Shown: positions 62,601 through 64,000 of the stretch, piece after piece | Layout of the letters: each line of letters begins with the position of its first letter | Numbering within the stretch: the stretch's first letter is position 1 | NCBI GenBank assembly: GCA_032718475.1 | Contig: JAUCBJ010007728.1 | Coordinates: 1-64,000 of the forward strand | Direction of reading: 5' to 3' | DNA: 64,000 nt | Origin: Nemertoderma westbladi | Lineage: Eukaryota > Animalia > Xenacoelomorpha | Translations under genes and position numbers: made by a program | The notes under the pieces: generated by a model | Database searches by the model: none | What the model saw: only the letters and a program-made list of their open reading frames with translations | Told to the model about the DNA's origin: nothing

Positions 62601-63296
62601 TAGATAGTCGTTTAATCATTTTCCGTTGGTCTTTGCCGATGCGTCAACTACCATCCGGAGTTTACCTTTCTTTGGGTCTAAAGCCACGTGGAGTGGCAGG
62701 TAATATGTCCTGTCTGTGTTTGGCTCGTCGACCGGTAACTCCACGGCCCATCCTTTCTCGACGTACTTCTTAATCGTTCTGTGGATGTACTCATTCTTCT
62801 CGGGGCTCCGTTTTAGTGTCTGCTTCAGCTTGCGGAGCCTCGTGAGTACCATCCCTCTATTATCGGGCAGTGGTAGCTTCGGTATCTTCCATACCATTCC
62901 TATGGTGTACCGCCCCTCATCGCATTTCATAGACTCCTCTACGCTCTGCTGAGCCTGTTTGTCTTCCACAGAGGTCCCGACCCCGGTCTCCTTTAATCCT
63001 TCAAAATCCTGTCTGAGTAGTCTTTTAAGCTGCTCCTCTGCTCTCTCATCACTCATTTCCTGCATAGTTCCCGCGAACATGCATCCTGATGTCTCCGACA
63101 TCCTAAATGGTATCTTGCTCTTGATTGGGCCACTCAGCGTCCACCCGAATGGTGTCAGTATCGCCACCGGGTCACACTGCTTGTCTTCGCCGAAGACCGT
63201 TTGCATTCTTTCGTGGGCCGTTGGGCAGTCCATTCCTACTATGATGGATACCTTCCTAACGTCCACCTCTGGGATTGAGAAGTCGATATCATCCAG
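59640..63296 (-). pseudogene. pol: BEL/Pao pol (end of protease, RT, RNase H, integrase), 5'-truncated, two in-frame TGA
   Basis: ORFs 62616-63266, 60717-62510 and 59640-60677 share one frame. TPFGWTL, YYLP.H, CD-EGMFNQV, YVDN, YDPLG, FSDAS, PKLEL, WTDS, NPAD, GVDMFGP, SDSGTNF, ERLV, W..EYLP motifs. Confidence 0.93.
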
Positions 63297-63378
63297 AAAT
63301 TTATATTGTATTATATTACTGTTATACTTATTATATATACTTATATACTTATTATTGTATTGTATTATATATTTATAT
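63297..63378. other. AT-rich filler at the element/satellite junction
   Basis: Patchwork of TTATAT/TATTGTA/ATACTT words between truncated pol and a mid-monomer satellite position. Confidence 0.65.
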
Positions 63379-64000
63379 TATCAGAATATCCTCTGTTTTT
63401 TTACAAAAACCATATCGATTTTCATATTTATAACTTCTAACCCACTCCAAGAGATAGAGAATCTTAAATGAAAGTCACAAGAACAGGTAACACTTACATT
63501 TATAGAAGTAATCAGCTGTTATTTGCTACGTCTTTCCGCTGAGGATGAATGAATTTTGATTGTGTCAGAACACCCCCTATCTGTGGTTGTATGAGTGGAG
63601 AGATAAGTAGCCTAACTCCCTATTAATATTGTTGTGTTCTAGAATATTTATTATTGTTTCATCGTATTGCTAAAGTGGCTGGAGCTAAAGTTATTATGTA
63701 ATGCAATAAATCACCTCAAATATCTCAGCTATTTCATGAACATAATGAAGTATTAAAGCCATGTCAAAATCATTGGTGTTTTTCTGCAATAATATATCAA
63801 AATATCCTCTGATTTTTTACAAAAACCATATCGATTTTCTTATTTATATCTTCTAACCCACCCCTCCACGAGATAGAGAATCTTAAATGAAAGTCAAAAG
63901 AACAGGTAACACTTACATTTATAGAAGTAATCACCTGTTATTTGCTACGTCTTTCCGCTGAAGATGAATGAATTTTGATTGTGTCAAAAACACCCCCTAT
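63378..64000. repeat. ~416-bp satellite, block 5 (runs off window end)
   Basis: Monomer starts near 63468 and 63887, same orientation as the other blocks. Confidence 0.97.

Larger units (their letters stand above)
55091..63296 (-). mobile_element. 5'-truncated BEL/Pao element with an accessory ORF: pol, hairpin array, exonuclease/knuckle gene, structured 3' region
   Basis: Continuous minus-strand organisation with purine-rich sense strand throughout. Purine tract GGGTGGAAGG then TGTTAAAC near 55091 may begin the 3' LTR, whose extent is not determined. Confidence 0.75.

Overview
Eukaryotic, probably invertebrate, heterochromatin-like window with no host gene. The backbone is an AT-rich ~416-bp satellite (blocks 1380-2606, 4160-5739, 9991-26701, 43403-44269, ~63378-64000) interrupted by transposons. 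These are a piggyBac-type MITE (2607-4159, TTAA TSD), a CRE-clade non-LTR retrotransposon (5740-9990, 14-bp TSD), and a young full-length BEL/Pao LTR element (26702-43402, intact 2404-aa gag-pol) that carries a nested EnSpm/CACTA-like element. A scrambled nest at 44270-63296 holds a gag remnant, a Sola-like element and a truncated BEL/Pao pol. Most notable: two divergent, decayed copies of an accessory gene encoding a WRN/EXD2-like DEDDy 3'-5' exonuclease plus three zinc knuckles, one in the env position downstream of BEL/Pao pol, flanked by a hairpin array and a conserved structured non-coding region. Also notable: the intact BEL element has no tRNA-type primer binding site but has a 10-nt match suggesting self-priming, an extra internal U5/PBS copy, and U5-complementary modules next to the PPT. 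All calls come from reading motifs by eye; no searches or alignments were run.
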